Assembly: GCF_006345805.1 (NCBI RefSeq)
Contig: NC_043023.1
Coordinates: 12,400,001 to 12,464,000 of the forward strand
Reading direction: 5' to 3'
From: Octopus sinensis
Lineage: Eukaryota
Length of the DNA stretch: 64,000 bases
This document shows positions 39,008 to 52,439 of the stretch, piece after piece (the first letter of the stretch is position 1; every line of letters starts with the position of its first letter). The notes under the pieces were generated by a model that made no database searches, was not told where the DNA came from, and worked only from the letters and a program-made list of their open reading frames with translations. A program made the translations under genes and the position numbers.

Positions 39008-39168
39008 GACAAGCTTCTTTCAGTTTCCGTCTACCAAATCCACTCACAAAGCTTTGGTTGGCCCGAGGTTATAGCAGAAGACACTTGCCCAAGATGCCAC
39101 GCAGTGGGACTAAAACCTGGGACCATGTGGTTGGTAAGCAAGCTACTTACCACACAGCCACTCCTATG

Positions 39169-39209
<41 letters not shown>

Positions 39210-39366
39210 GACAAGCTTCTTTCAGTTTCCGTCTACCAAATCCACTCACAAGGCTTTGGTTGGCCCGAGGTTATAGCAGAAGACACTTGCCCAAGATGCC
39301 ACGCAGTGGGACTAAAACCTGGGACCATGTGGTTGGTAAGCAAGCTACTTACCACACAGCCACTCC
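38195..39366 (-). repeat. SINE family A with five tandem head units
   Basis: Units start at ~38438, 38621, 38803, 39007 and 39209, separated by (TA)n. Confidence 0.9.
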
Positions 39367-39525
39367 ACTGGTCAACAAAATATTTGGTTTTTTTTTCATA
39401 TTTCATTTGTAACGACTTCCTCGCTGCATTTGCATTAAATGGATAATGAATGCATAAAACTAGTTGTTTACTTGTTTCTTTTTGTCATTGAGGTGTTTGT
39501 GAACCGTGCTAAAAATAGCAGTCAG

Positions 39526-40494
39526 GGATCTATTCGGTTTGACCGGCAGTTTTTTAAAATAATTTCCACGTAACTAAACACTTTTAAACTTCGTATACTG
39601 GTAGAATGTGTTTATAAGACATCTTTTTCTCTTGGCTTTATTGAGAAAATTCTATAATTTGTAAGATATTTGTTGTTTTTTTTCTGCAATTTCAACCAAT
39701 CAATGACGGTTATTGAGGTAAAAGACCTTCTGTGCCTTATGGAATATGTCCATCGTTTAAGAAACAGTTTGGGTTTATTTACATTTTTGAAGAAAAAAAG
39801 ATACCCTTCCCCCACCCCTAACCCTAAAACAGATTGAAATGCAATAGATCGATACTAGAGTCATAATTATGGGTGACAATTTCAACCAATCAATGTCGCC
39901 TATTGAGGTAAAAAACACATTCTGTGCCGTATGAATATGTCCCTCGTTTAAGAAACAGTTTGGGTTTATTTACATTTGTGAAGAAAAAAAGATACCCTTC
40001 GCCTGACCCTAACCCTAAAACAGATTGAAATGCAATAGATCGATACTAGGGTCATAATTATGGGTGACAATTTCAACCAATCAATGACGTCTATTGAGGT
40101 AAAAAAATATATTCTGTGCTGTATGAATATGTCCATCGTTTAAGAAACAGATTGGGTTTATTTACATTTGTGAAGAAAAAAAGATACCCTTCGCCTGACC
40201 CTAAAACAGATTGAAATGCAATAGATCGATACTAGAGTCATAATTATGGGTGACAATTTCAACCAATCAATGACGTCTATTGAGGTAAAAAAAACAACAT
40301 TCTGTGTGTATGAATACGTCCCTCGTTTAAGAAACAGATTGGGTTTATTTACATTTCTGAAGAAAAAAAGATACCCTTCCCCCACCCCTAACCCTAAAAC
40401 AGATTGAAATGCAATAGATATACTAGGGTGATAATTATGGGTGACAATTTCATGAGACTGCTAGTAAAAACCGCCGTTCAAACCGAATAGATCC
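39526..40494 (+). mobile_element. GGATCT-family MITE with four tandem ~190-bp right-arm units
   Basis: TIRs at both ends. TTCAACCAATCAATG recurs at ~39691, 39881, 40072 and 40258. Confidence 0.85.
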
Positions 40495-40606
40495 CTAAAT
40501 TTTAAAATAATCTGGTAGGAACTTCAAAAAAAAAATTATAATTGAAAATTAAATTTGCTGAGTGAAAGGAACAAAGAAAGGCATTATAACGAAACCAGGC
40601 AGTCAG

Positions 40607-40747
40607 TAGAGCCATCTATTGGAGAACTGAGGAATTGAATTATCACAAGGGAAATAACTTCTGCAGTACATCCATTCAATTAAATTATTAATTAAGGTGC
40701 TTAATTACCGGATACTGAGTCGCTGTTTGTAGTTGAATACGGTAAGT
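40607..40747 (+). promoter_or_regulatory. First-exon module upstream of ZNF-7: CTCF-like motif plus donor
   Basis: TAGAGCCATCTATTGG at 40607-40622, donor at 40742 and next conserved acceptor at 50559. Confidence 0.6.
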
Positions 40748-43141
40748 TGACAAAGATTTATTTTAAGGTTAATAATAATATCAATACTTTTCGTTTTTGG
40801 TTTGCAAGATTCCTTATATGAGTTCGTGTCTGGGGAGAGTAATTTTCTTTTTGTGCCTTATAATAAAATCACACGCACCTGTAAAATTTCCATTTATTTC
40901 TTAGGCACAAAAAGAAAACGACTCTCCCTAGACACAACAGAATATGAATAATAATAATAAGGTAAATAATAGAATTCTGTGAACCTCTCGATGTTCGAGT
41001 AATCATTTCGAAACGAAAACAGAACAGGAAAATACATCTACTCGTCTTAATTAACAAATTCCAAACAGAAATGTTGATTTAATCGTTTATGAAAACCTAT
41101 GATCGACTGTTTCGTGTCATATAAAGGAAATTAATTTATAAAATGAGAGTAATGTGACATAATTAATTAGCAGAATGAGGGGAAACCAATTGAAGAATAC
41201 CATATTAATTAACGTTGTCCCGTTGTTAATGAGGCTAAGTTGACGAAGATTTACTTTAAGGTTGTGATGGTGATAATACTACTACTACTAATAATAATGT
41301 AAATTATAGAATTCTGTGAACCTCTCGATGTTACAGTAATTATTTGGAAGGCATAACAATAGGGAAATATATTTGCTCGTCTTAAATAACAAATTCCAAA
41401 CAGAAATGTTGATTTGTTGTTTATGAAAACCTATGATCGACTGTTTCATGTCATATAAAGGAATTTAATTCGTAAAATGGGAGTAATGTGGCATAATTAA
41501 TTAGCAGAATGAGGGGAAACCGATTGAAAAATACTATATTAATTAACGTTGTCCCGTTGTTAATGAGGCTAAGTTGACGAAGATTTACTTTAAGGTTGTA
41601 ATAGTGTTGATAATACTACTAATAATAATGTAAATAATAGAATTACGTGAACTTCTCTCGATGTTGGAGTAATTATTTTTCGAAGCGGGAAACTGACAAC
41701 AATTAGGAATATATATTTGCTCGTCTTAAATAATAACTTCCAAACTGAAATGTAGAATTGTGAGGGGAGGGGGTAATTTTTTTTTTTTTTTCTTGAAAAA
41801 TCGAAATTTTACAGACAATTTTTATTTTCAGAATCATAATCTCCGTATTTTTCGGTACCACTGCATCCTTTAAGGCCCTCATGCTTTCCGAAATCCGCCG
41901 AAACTACACCTGATTATATATACACTTTAGATGAGTTGTAGTGCACCTGAGCACTGTACACAATTATTATTATTATATTACTAGCGAACTGGTCCCGGTG
42001 CCCGCACTCGCCCATCCATGCTAGATAGTCGTAAGTAGTCGATCCTACAACGACTTGCGCGTATGTTTTTTTTATTTTAACGTTGAATACATATCAAAGA
42101 AAATGAAATATTTTTCGCACAAAGTAAATAAAACGCAAAATAAATCATTTTTTAAACAAAGTAAATAAATTATTTTTTTACTGCCATTAAGGCATAGTTT
42201 CGGTTGTAGTAGCACAGATTTCCGTCGATTTCCGTAAAAAACTTTTATTTTTTTACATAAGTAATGAGAGCGAAAGAGACTAAGAGGAAGCGATTTTACG
42301 ACGAGAAGGCTTCACTTTGAAGTCGGCCTGTGTGTGTTTGATGGGGTGTGGGAGACAGACAGTATGTTGTGTAAGTGAAGTGCTTCTGTTACTGTGTGTG
42401 AAGAGACAGACATACATATACACATACACCGAGTAAAAAATTACTATGAATCGGCCATACATACATACATACACACACACATAGATACATACACACACAC
42501 TTCGAAACTTCGCCCAAATTAAATATTTTTCGAAAAGTTAATCCTCGTTGCCGGAATTTTAACAAAAGAAAAAAAATCAAAGGTGATTTATTAGTACAAA
42601 ACTCAATATTGGTAATTGTTAATACGCAAAGTAAATAATTTTTTAAACTAAGGAAATAAATTATTTTTATAAACAAACAGCGGTGGTGCCCAGCATGGCC
42701 GCGGCTTTCGGGCTAAAACATTTTAAAGGATTTTTAAGGATTTAAACTAAGGTTGGGGTTAAAAAGTCGTTGTAGGATCGACTACTTACGACTAGCTAGC
42801 GCGACGCGCGAATGCGCATGGGCGCGCACCGGGTCCAGTCTGGTACTTGCGACATAAGGACTAAAATTTAGCGGGAGGTCGGAAACCGAGGTACTATTAG
42901 CGAACAGAAACAGACACGTTGGACGACACAAGTGACGGTAATTTACTTTGATGAATTAAGTATTAATGATATGGGGTGCCCAGGTATGTCGTTTGCAAAT
43001 TTAAGTTCGTGCTATCCCATTAAATGCATATTGAGTGTTTCAAACTACAAGACACCTATTGATAAGGTGAAAGAACTTCAGTAATTCAGCTCAGTATACG
43101 ATATTACTGTGCTAAATTTTAAAATAATCTGGTGAGAATTT

Positions 43142-44024
43142 GAATCTTTTCGGTTTGACCGGCAGTTTTTTAAAATAATTTCCACGTAACTAAACACTTT
43201 GAAACTTCGTATACTGGTAGAATGTGTTTATAAAACATCTTTTTCTCTTGGCTTTATTGAGAAAATTCTATAGTTTGTAAGATATTTGGGATCTTTTCGG
43301 TTTGACCGGCAGTTTTTTAAAATAATTTCCACGTAACTAAACACTTTGAAACTTCGTATACTGGTAGAATGTGTTTATAAAACATCTTTTTCTCTTGGCT
43401 TTATTGAGAAAATTCTATGGTTTGTAATATATTTGTTGCTTTTTTTTCTGCAATTTTAACCAATCAATGACGTCTATTGAGGTAAAAAAAAAACATTCTG
43501 TGTCGTATGAATATGTCCCTCGTTTAAGAAACAGATTGGGTTTATTTACATTTCTGAAGAAAAAAAGATACCCTTCCCTCCACCCCTAACCCTAAAACAG
43601 ATTGAAATGCAATAGATTGATACTAGGGTCATAATTTGAACGGTAGTTTTTTAAAATAATTTCCACGTAACTAAACACTTTTAAACATCGTATACTTGCA
43701 GAATGTGTTTATAAAACATCTTTTTCTCTTGGCTTCATTGAGAAAATTCTATAGTATGTAAGATATTTGTTTTGTTTTTTTTCTGCAATTTCAACCAATC
43801 AATGACGTCTATTGAGTTAAAAAAAAACCTGTGCCGTATGAATATATCCCTCGTTTAAGAAACAGATTGGGTTTATTTATATTTCTGAAGAAAAAAGATA
43901 CCCTTCCCCTCCACTAACCTTAAAACAGATTAAAATGCAATAGTTCGATACTAGGGTCATGATTATGGGTGACAATTTCATATGACACCGCTAGAAAAAA
44001 CTGCCGTTCAAACCGAAGAGATCC
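43142..44024 (+). mobile_element. GGATCT-family MITE (compound)
   Basis: Duplicated left arm and body. The right TIR ends GAAGAGATCC. Confidence 0.85.
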
Positions 44025-44119
44025 AATTATTTTTATGCGTTTGTGAACATTTAAAGTCATTAAATATTATTTTACAGAATAATGGAATTAAAATCTCTTT
44101 GATTAAAACCCTTTCTAAC

Positions 44120-44494
44120 ATGGAAGTGTCCAAAAAGCATTTGAGGCACATAATGCTTTATGAGTACAAAAAAGGAAACTCTGCAGCCGAAGTGACTCGA
44201 AACATACAGTCAGTTTATGGGAAAGAATGCTTGAATGAAAGAACTTGCAGAAGATGGTTTGCAAAATTCAGAAGTGGAGATTTCAGCCTTGAAGATGAAG
44301 ATCGAACAGGACGTCCAGTTGAGTTTGATGATAAGCTCCTTGAGGCATTACTAGAAGAAAATCCTGCATTATCTGTTGAAGAATTGGCAATAAAGCTTAG
44401 TTCAAACCATACAACTGTTCATCGTCATCTTCTACAACTTGGAAAGGTTCCTAAACTTGGAAAATGGGTGCCTCGTGAATTGAAGTGTGATTGA
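44120..44494 (+). pseudogene. Truncated mariner transposase (N-terminal HTH region only)
   Basis: MEVSKKHLRHIMLYEYKKGNSAAE...RRWFAKFRSGDFSLEDEDRTGRP...GKWVPREL. It stops right after the WVPxEL motif and has no DDD domain. Confidence 0.9.
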
Positions 44495-44842
44495 TTTCTG
44501 AGCACTGCCTCGCTGTTTATTTCAGAATACCGTAAGTTGACAAAGTTCTGCTTTGACCCATTAATAGTTATGATATACTAGTGGGTCGGTACAAAGGGAG
44601 GAGCCTGACAGTGTCGTCTGCGAATTGTAAGACCAATTCAAAAACTATTTCTTGAAAGCCAATAAATGTGGAGTCAGTAATTTGGACATTTTTCAACATT
44701 TGGGACCACATAGCCACTGAGTTAAATTTTGTATAATTTTTTTTTCTGTGTAAACTGAAAATAAAAATTACAAACCTTGCCAACGTCTTAAACATATGTC
44801 CTGTATCGTGTTATAATTATTTGTGTCATATATCAACACATC

Positions 44843-45292
44843 TTAACCCTTTCATTACTGTGTTTCTCTCAATTACTTTAAATATAACAAAGAATTTAGT
44901 AAAATAACTTAGTTATCATTAAGCTGATGTTAGGAACATTGATTGTGACTAAGGTTTGGTGGAAGATTTTAATTCAAAGCTTATGAAAACAAGACATTTG
45001 TACTACGGAGCCAGAGGCAGTTTCAGGCAGGTTGGTCACGAAAGGGTTAAGAATTGTTTCTCTATTATATATTTTAACCCTTTTGTTACCATATTTCTGT
45101 TGAGATGCTCTGTGTTTCTTTCAATTACTTTAAATATAACAAAGAATTTTGTAAAAGGACTTAGTTATCATTCAGATAGCGTTAGGAACATAAATTGTGA
45201 CTAAGGTTTGGTGGAAGATTTTAATTCAGAACTTATGGAAACAAGACATTTGTATTACAGAACCAGGGCTGGGTTGATAACGAAAGGGTTAA
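44843..45292 (-). mobile_element. Dimer of piggyBac-like MITEs
   Basis: Two TTAA-CCCTTT...AAAGGG-TTAA units separated by a 23-bp spacer (45051-45073). It is absent from the paralogous site near 8625. Confidence 0.8.
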
Positions 45293-46001
45293 AATGTAAA
45301 GATAAAGCGAGTGCACACCACCTAATCCTAAAACCTAAACCTAACGAGTGTGCACAGTAAAAAATTTGATTGAAAACAATCAAGAATTTCCAAAGGATTT
45401 TGTCAGGCTCCTATCTTTAATAATACCTGGTAAAAGTAAATTGCTACCCCTTGTATCGTCTGACGTGTTTGTTTTTATTCGAGAGGGCCCGCTTTCCGTC
45501 TGTTTTATTCTTTAGTATAAAATATTTATAAAAAGATAAATCTTCCTAATTTTTTTGTATATATTTTCATGACATTTTTTTTCAATTGCATTTCATTTTC
45601 TTGGAGAGATGCGTTTCTAAAGGAGCTCCTTATTTTGTTTATCTGGAAAGGATTCAAGACAAAGTCGAACTGGACGGAGTTTGTGCTTTGAAAGTAAAGA
45701 TGTACAGGGCCTTACCCATGGACTCAAAATACACGAACTACAGACAGGGCCTTTTGTGTGGCCTAGTTAGCAACTTGCTCCGCAGAGAAGGGACTTCTGG
45801 TCAGGCAGGAAAGGAGTCTGGAGACTAAAATAGCGGATTGAACTCTCTTTCACCATTTCTGACTGATGGAAGTGAAATAAGCAATACAATGACAAACCGT
45901 TGTTCCGGATTATTTTTATGTATGGCGTCACAGGTGTGAAATCGTTTCAACTTGTCATCGACTTTTGCAGACACGTCCGTTAGTTTCCATGTTTGTGGAA
46001 G

Positions 46002-47321
46002 GGTACTAAAGAAGAGTGACCCTGGTGCACATCCGCTCTGACTGGTCGCTCCTTACTTTGTATTTTTGTTTTAAAAAAATTATTGGACTTTTTCCGTTTG
46101 AACGGCAGTTTTTTAAAATAATTTCCACGTAACTAAACACTTTTAAACTTCGTATACTGGTAGAATGTGTTTATAAAACATCTTTTTCTCTTGGCTTTAT
46201 TGAAAAAATTCTATAGTTTGTAAGATATTTGGGTCTTTTCGGTTTGAACGGCAGTTTTTTAAAATAATTTCCACGTAACTAAATACTTTTAAACTTCGTA
46301 TACTGGTAGAATGTGTTTATAAAACATCTTTTTCTCTTGGCTTTATTGAGAAAATTCTATAGTTTGTAAGATATTTGGGTCTTTTCGGTTTGAACGGCAG
46401 TTTTTTAAAATAATTTCCACGTAACTAAATACTTTTAAACTTCGTATACTGGTAGAATGTGTTTATAAAACATCTTTTTCTCTTGGCTTTATTGAGAAAA
46501 TTCTATAGTTTGTAAGATATTTGGGTCTTTTCGGTGTGAACGGCAGTTTTTTAAAATAATTTCTACGTAACTAAACACTTTTAAACTTCGTATACTGGTA
46601 GAATGTGTTTATAAAACATCTTTTTCTCTTGGCTTTATTGAGAAAATTCTATAGTTTGTAAGATATTTGGGTCTTTTCGGTTTGAACGGCAGTTTTTTAA
46701 AATAATTTCCACCTAACTAAACACTTTTAAACTTCGTATACTGGTAGAATGTGTTTATAAAACATCTTTTTCTCTTGGCTTTATTGAGAAAATTCTATAG
46801 TTTGTAAGATAGTTGGGATCTTTTCGGTTTGAACGGCAGTTTTTTAAAATAATTTCCACGTAACTAAACATTTTTAAACTTCATATACTGGTAGAATGTT
46901 TTTATAAAACATCTTTTTCTCTTGGCTTTATTGAGAAAATTCTATAGTTAGTAAGATATTTGGGTCTTTTTGGTTTGAACGGCAGTTTTTTAAAATAATT
47001 TCCACGTAACTAAACACTTTTAAACTTCGTATACTGGTAGAATGTGTTTATAAAACATTTGTTTCTCTTGGCTTTATTGAAAAAATTCTATAGTTTGTAA
47101 GATATTTGGGTCTTTTCGGTTTGAACGGCAGTTTTTAAAAATAATTTCCACGTAACTAAACACTTTTAAACTTCGTATACTGGTAGAATGTGTTTATAAA
47201 ACATCTTTATCTTTTGTATTTTTTAAGCTATTTGTTATTATTTATTTTGCTAGGTAGTCGTTCTAGGATTGGCTAGCTAGCACGAGTGCGCGCGCCGGGA
47301 CCACTCTTCTTAAGTAGTACC
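46002..47321. mobile_element. GGTACT-family Merlin-like MITE hosting a 146-bp array
   Basis: TIRs GGTACTAAAGAAGAGTGACCCTGG / CCGGGACCACTCTTCTTAAGTAGTACC, with flanks TGTGGAAG / CGTGGCAG (6/8 match). Confidence 0.7.
46085..47210 (+). repeat. 146-bp tandem array, 8 units, derived from the MITE left arm
   Basis: Unit marker at 46094, 46240, 46386, 46532, 46678, 46825, 46971 and 47117. Confidence 0.95.
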
Positions 47322-48909
47322 CGTGGCAGCACATGTTATCAAGGAAATTTTATATAAATACGTTTCAAACGGTATAGGTCACGATTATAAAGAAATTTGT
47401 GGGAGAAATCTTTTGCGATGGGGTCAGGAGAGGACTTTGGAAAATCCGATGTTTTTCCCTCGTAACTTTGAGGAAAATATAATCCTTTTGAAATAACAAA
47501 TTCAATTTTTCCTCAGGAACTTCTATACTAAACATCCTTTTGTGAAGGTTCATTCGTTGGTCCCCCTTTCGTTATAGCACATGCTGTCAACTATAAACAC
47601 ATGAAATATTATCACTAATAATGCTCTCTCGATGCACATACATATTTCTTCTCTGTTTTTGTGTGGAATGTAGATAACAAAATCAATGTGGCAGTTTAAC
47701 CTTGAGAAAAGCCTTGCATATTTATAATGTCCAAGTTATATAGATGTATGTATGCATTTCTGTGCATGTGTGTGTATGCGGCTAGGGTTCCTTCTTACCT
47801 GCTTCATTTGTGTATGTAAATTTCATCATCATCATCGTTTAACGTCCGTTTTCCATGCTAGCATGGGTTGGATGGTTCAACTGGGGTCTGGCAAACCCGA
47901 AGGCTGCACCAGGCCCAGTCTGATCTGGCAGTGTTTCTACAGCTGGATGCCCTTCCTAACACCTACCACTCCGTGAGTGTAGTGGGTGCTTTTTATGTGC
48001 CACCGACACAGGTGCCAGATGAGGCTGGCGAACGGCCACGATCGGATGGTGTTTGTTACGTGCCACCGGCACGGAGGCCAGGTGAGGCTGGCATGGCCAC
48101 GATCGGATGGTGTTTGTTACGTGCCACTGGCACGGAGGCCAGGCGAGGCTGGTGAACAGCCATGATCGGATGGTGTTTGTTATGTGCCACCAGCACGGAG
48201 GCCAGTCGATGTAGTGCTGGCTACAACCACGTTCGGGTGGTTCTCTTAACATAGCGCAGGAGTGGCTGTGTGGTAAGTAGCTTGTTTACCAACCACATGG
48301 TTCCAGGTTCTGTCCCACTGAGTGGCATCTTGGGCAAGTGTCTTCTACTATAGCCTCGGGCCAACCAAAGCTTTATGAGTGGATTTGGTAGACGGAAACT
48401 GAAAGAAGCCCGTCGTGTATATGTATATATATATATATATATATATGCGTGTGAGTGTCTGTGTTTGTCCCCCTAGCATTGCTTGACAACTACAAATTCC
48501 AAAACGAGATTGATGTCAGAAAACCCATATTAATGATGATGTTTCTTCTATTTGCAGTTGACAACACGAGCTGTCTTGCTCAATGAAACTAAAGAACAGA
48601 TCCTGACAAGTCTGGGACTCAAAAACGTTAAAAGCCCTTTTGTGAAAGTTTACAGGTGTGAGCTGCTGGAATGCATTTTGTCCGACATACGAATGATTTT
48701 TCCAGTAAATGATACAAGGTGAGGCAGAATTCATTCATCATCATCATCATCATCATTTAACGTCCGCTTTCCAGGCTAGCATGGGTTGGACGGTTCAACT
48801 GGGGTCTGGCAAGCCCGAAGGCTGCACCAGGCCAGTCAGATCTGGCAGTGTTTCTACAGCTGGATGCCCTTCCTAACGCCAACCACTCCGAGAGTGTAGT
48901 GGGTGATTT

Positions 48910-49415
48910 TATGTGCCACCGACACAGGTGCCAGACGAGGCTGGCAGACGGCCACGCTCGGATGGTGTTTTTTATGTGCCACCGACACAGGTGCCAGACG
49001 AGGCTGGCAGACGGCCACGCTCGGATGGTGTTTTTTATGTGCCACCGACACAGGTGCCAGACGAGGCTGGCGGACGGCCACGCTCGGATGGTGTTTTCTT
49101 ATGTGTCACCGACACAGGTGCCAGACGAGGCTGGCGGACGGCCACGCTCGGATGGTATTTTCTTATGTGTCACCGACACAGGTGCCAGACGAGGCTGGCG
49201 GATGGCCACGCTCGGATGGTGTTTTCTTATGTGTCACCGACACAGGTGCCAGACGAGGCTGGCGGACGGCCATGCTCGGATGGTATTTTCTTATGTGTCA
49301 CCGACACAGGTGCCAGACGAGGCTGGCGGACGGCCACGCTCGGATGGTATTTTCTTATGTGTCACCGACACAGGTGCCAGACGAGGCTGGCGGACGGCCA
49401 CGCTCGGATGGTGTT
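48910..49415. repeat. 63-64-bp GC-rich minisatellite (8 units) inside SINE C
   Basis: GACACAGGTG at 48921, 48984, 49047, 49111, 49175, 49239, 49303 and 49367. Confidence 0.95.
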
Positions 49416-50094
49416 TGTTACGTACCCAAGGCACGGAGGCCAGTCGATGCGGTACTGGCTATATATTATTTATTATTATGCATGTTATGAAATGAAATAA
49501 GAAATTTAAACAATAGGCGCAGGAGTGGCTGTGTGATAAGTAGCTTGCTAACCAACCAAGTGGTTCTGGGTTCAGTCCCACTGCGTGGCATCTTGGGCAA
49601 GTGTCTTCTGCTATAGCCCCGGCCCGACCAATGACTTGTGAGTGGATTTGGTAGGCGGAAACTGAAAGAAGCCTGTCATATTTGTGTGTGTGTGTGTGTT
49701 TGTCCCCCTAGCATTGCTTGACAACCGATGCTGGTGTGTTTCCGTCCCCGTAACTTAGCGGTTTGGCAAAAGAGACCGATAGAATAAATACTAGGCTTAC
49801 AAAGAATAAGTCCCGGGGTCGATTTGCTCGACTAAAGGCGGTGCTCCAGCATGGCCGCAGACAAATGACTGAAACAAGTAGAAGAGTAAACTTAGTGGTT
49901 CGGCAAAAGACACCGATAGAATAAGTACTAGGCTTACAAAGAATAAGTCGCGGGGTCGAGTTGCTCGGCTAAAAGGCGGTGCTACAGCATGGCCACAGTC
50001 AAACCTCACTATCATAAGCTCGAGACTCTAACCACTGAGCTATGTAGCAGATGAAGATAGGTGTTTTGACGACATCAAAGTAAAATTTGCTATG

Positions 50095-50504
50095 CTATTT
50101 ACTCTTTTACTTGTTTCAGTCATTTGACTGCGGCCATGCTGGAGCACTGCCTTTAATCGGGCAACTCGACCCCGGTACTCATTCTTTTGTAAGCCTAGTA
50201 CTTATTCTATCGGTGTCTTTTGCCGAACCGCTAAGTCACGGGGACGTAAACACACCAGCATTGGTTGTCAAGCAATGCTAGGGGGACAAACACAGACACT
50301 CACACGCATATATATATATATATATACACATATACATATATACGACGGGCTTCTTTCAGTTTCCGTCTACCAAATCCACTCATAAAGCTTTGGTTGGCCC
50401 GAGGCTATAGTAGAAGACTCTTGCCCAAGATGCCACTCAGTGGGACAGAACCTGGAACAATGTGGTTGGTAAACAAGCTACTTACCACACAGCCACTCCT
50501 GCGC
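50095..50504 (-). mobile_element. SINE family A just upstream of the ZNF-7 acceptor
   Basis: Full reverse-complement copy. Confidence 0.9.
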
Positions 50505-50945
50505 TATGTTAAATTATCTAACTATTCTCTTTATCTCGATGTTTCTTTTCCTATTTCAGAATATCACCTTATGTTGACCCACAAGAACCTTCTTCATTCA
50601 GATGTGCCTTTCATATTTTGACGTCGTTTCATCAACTAAAGCAAGATGACATAATTTATCAGCAGCATTCATCAATACATCAAAATTTATATGAATACAA
50701 TCTAAGAATACAATATTTTTCTTGTCTTCACTGTTTGGAATGTAGACGAAGTGATTGGCTTACAGGTTAATTAAGGTTGGATAACTTTACAAACGAGTTG
50801 ACAATTTCCACCTGCTGATTTAGATATTAATTAAGATCACAGAAGAAAGAAACACAGCTTCAAATTCTTTTCTGGAAATAGTTGCACAACTGAAATCAAA
50901 GATGTTTATAGAGATGAAGGAAACATTATTATTGTGATATGTATA

Positions 50946-52019
50946 ATGAATTATTCTCTCACAATGAATAAATTAACTGAAGCAAAAAACGATGATACAA
51001 GAGAGAAACAATGTTTCTGTGATATTTGTGGTACATCATTCAATTATAATAGTCAGTTGACTACTCACAGACGTATCCATACTGGAGAAAAGCCATATCA
51101 TTGTGAAATCTGTGGTAAATCATTCTCTCACAGTGGTAACTTGACTCAACACAAACGTACACATACAGGAGAAAAGCCATATCAGTGTGATATCTGTGGT
51201 AAATCATATTCTCAAAGTGGTGAGTTGACTGTACACAAACGTATTCATACAGGAGTAAAACCATATCATTGCGATATCTGTGGTAAATCATATTCTTCAA
51301 GTACCACTTTAAGTAGTCACAAACGTATTCATACAGGTGAGAAGCCACATCATTGTGATATCTGTGGTAAATCATTCTCTGAAAAGTATACCTTGGTTAC
51401 ACACAAACATACACATACAGGAGAAAAGCCATATCATTGTGATATCTGTGGTAAATCATTCTCTCAAAGGAGTAACTTGACTGTACACAAATATACGCAT
51501 ACAACAGAAAAACCATATCACTGTGATATCTGTGGTAAATCATTCTCTTCAGGTAGTAACTTGACCACACACAAATATACGCATACAACAGAAAAGCCAC
51601 ATCATTGTGATATCTGTGGTAAATCATTTTCTCAAAGGATTCACTTGACCCTACACAAATATACACATACAGGAGAAAAACCATATCATTGTGATATCTG
51701 TGGTAAATCATTCTCTTCAAGGAATACCTTAGCTGAACACAAGCATACACATACAGGAGAAAAGCCATATCATTGTGATATCTGTGGTAAATTATTCTCT
51801 CAAAGGAATAGCTTGACTCATCACAAATATACACATACAGGAGAAAAACCATATCATTGTGATATTTGTGGTAAATCATTCTCTCGAAGCTGGGACTTGA
51901 CTGTACACAAACATATTCATACAAGAGAGAAACCACATCATTGTGATATCTGTGGTAAAACATTTTCTAGAAGGGATCACTTGACTAAACACAAGTACCG
52001 CAAAAACCCATGTAATTAA
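50946..52019 (+). CDS. C2H2 zinc-finger protein ZNF-7, 11 intact fingers plus one truncated
   Basis: ATG at 50946 (or 50964, MNKLTEAK). The last finger is cut at HKY by unrelated AT-rich sequence starting at ~51997, which resembles 26400-26720(-). Confidence 0.95.
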   Translation: MNYSLTMNKLTEAKNDDTREKQCFCDICGTSFNYNSQLTTHRRIHTGEKPYHCEICGKSFSHSGNLTQHKRTHTGEKPYQCDICGKSYSQSGELTVHKRIHTGVKPYHCDICGKSYSSSTTLSSHKRIHTGEKPHHCDICGKSFSEKYTLVTHKHTHTGEKPYHCDICGKSFSQRSNLTVHKYTHTTEKPYHCDICGKSFSSGSNLTTHKYTHTTEKPHHCDICGKSFSQRIHLTLHKYTHTGEKPYHCDICGKSFSSRNTLAEHKHTHTGEKPYHCDICGKLFSQRNSLTHHKYTHTGEKPYHCDICGKSFSRSWDLTVHKHIHTREKPHHCDICGKTFSRRDHLTKHKYRKNPCN

Positions 52020-52439
52020 CACAGGGGATTTTTAGGATAAAATTTGTTTAAAAAAAAGTCTTACTGATGTAAAATTTGCACCTAAAAGTTTTGAGAATGA
52101 CCAATACAGCCAGGACAAAAATGGTTTTTAATTTAGTTGTATTTAATATAATTTCACTTCTGATTAGATTTAATTAAATTTTCATTATTTTAAGTTAATT
52201 TCTGTTTATTAGTTATCACGTTGAACGCTATTAAATTACAATGTATTTGTGTTGTTTATAATAAACTTTATTTTACATTTCTTAAACACAGAACTTGCAG
52301 TGAACGCAAGAACCTTTGTAGACCTTAAGTGCTTTTAGGATACCATAGATATGCATGTACCAAATCCAATTTGTGACCATCACCCCATCAAAGCAGGGGT
52401 CCCTGTTGTGGGGTTCTTGTTAACTGTTTTACATATATG

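Noticed and set aside
38372-39412. 346-aa ORF, and the 195-215-aa ORFs at 48848-49500
   Set aside because: Translations of tandem SINE heads and a minisatellite.
43982-44540. Transposase-ZNF fusion protein (SETMAR-like)
   Set aside because: The mariner frame stops at 44494 before the donor, and the ZNF leader has stops, so no fusion ORF is possible. The first 46 codons are MITE and UTR sequence.
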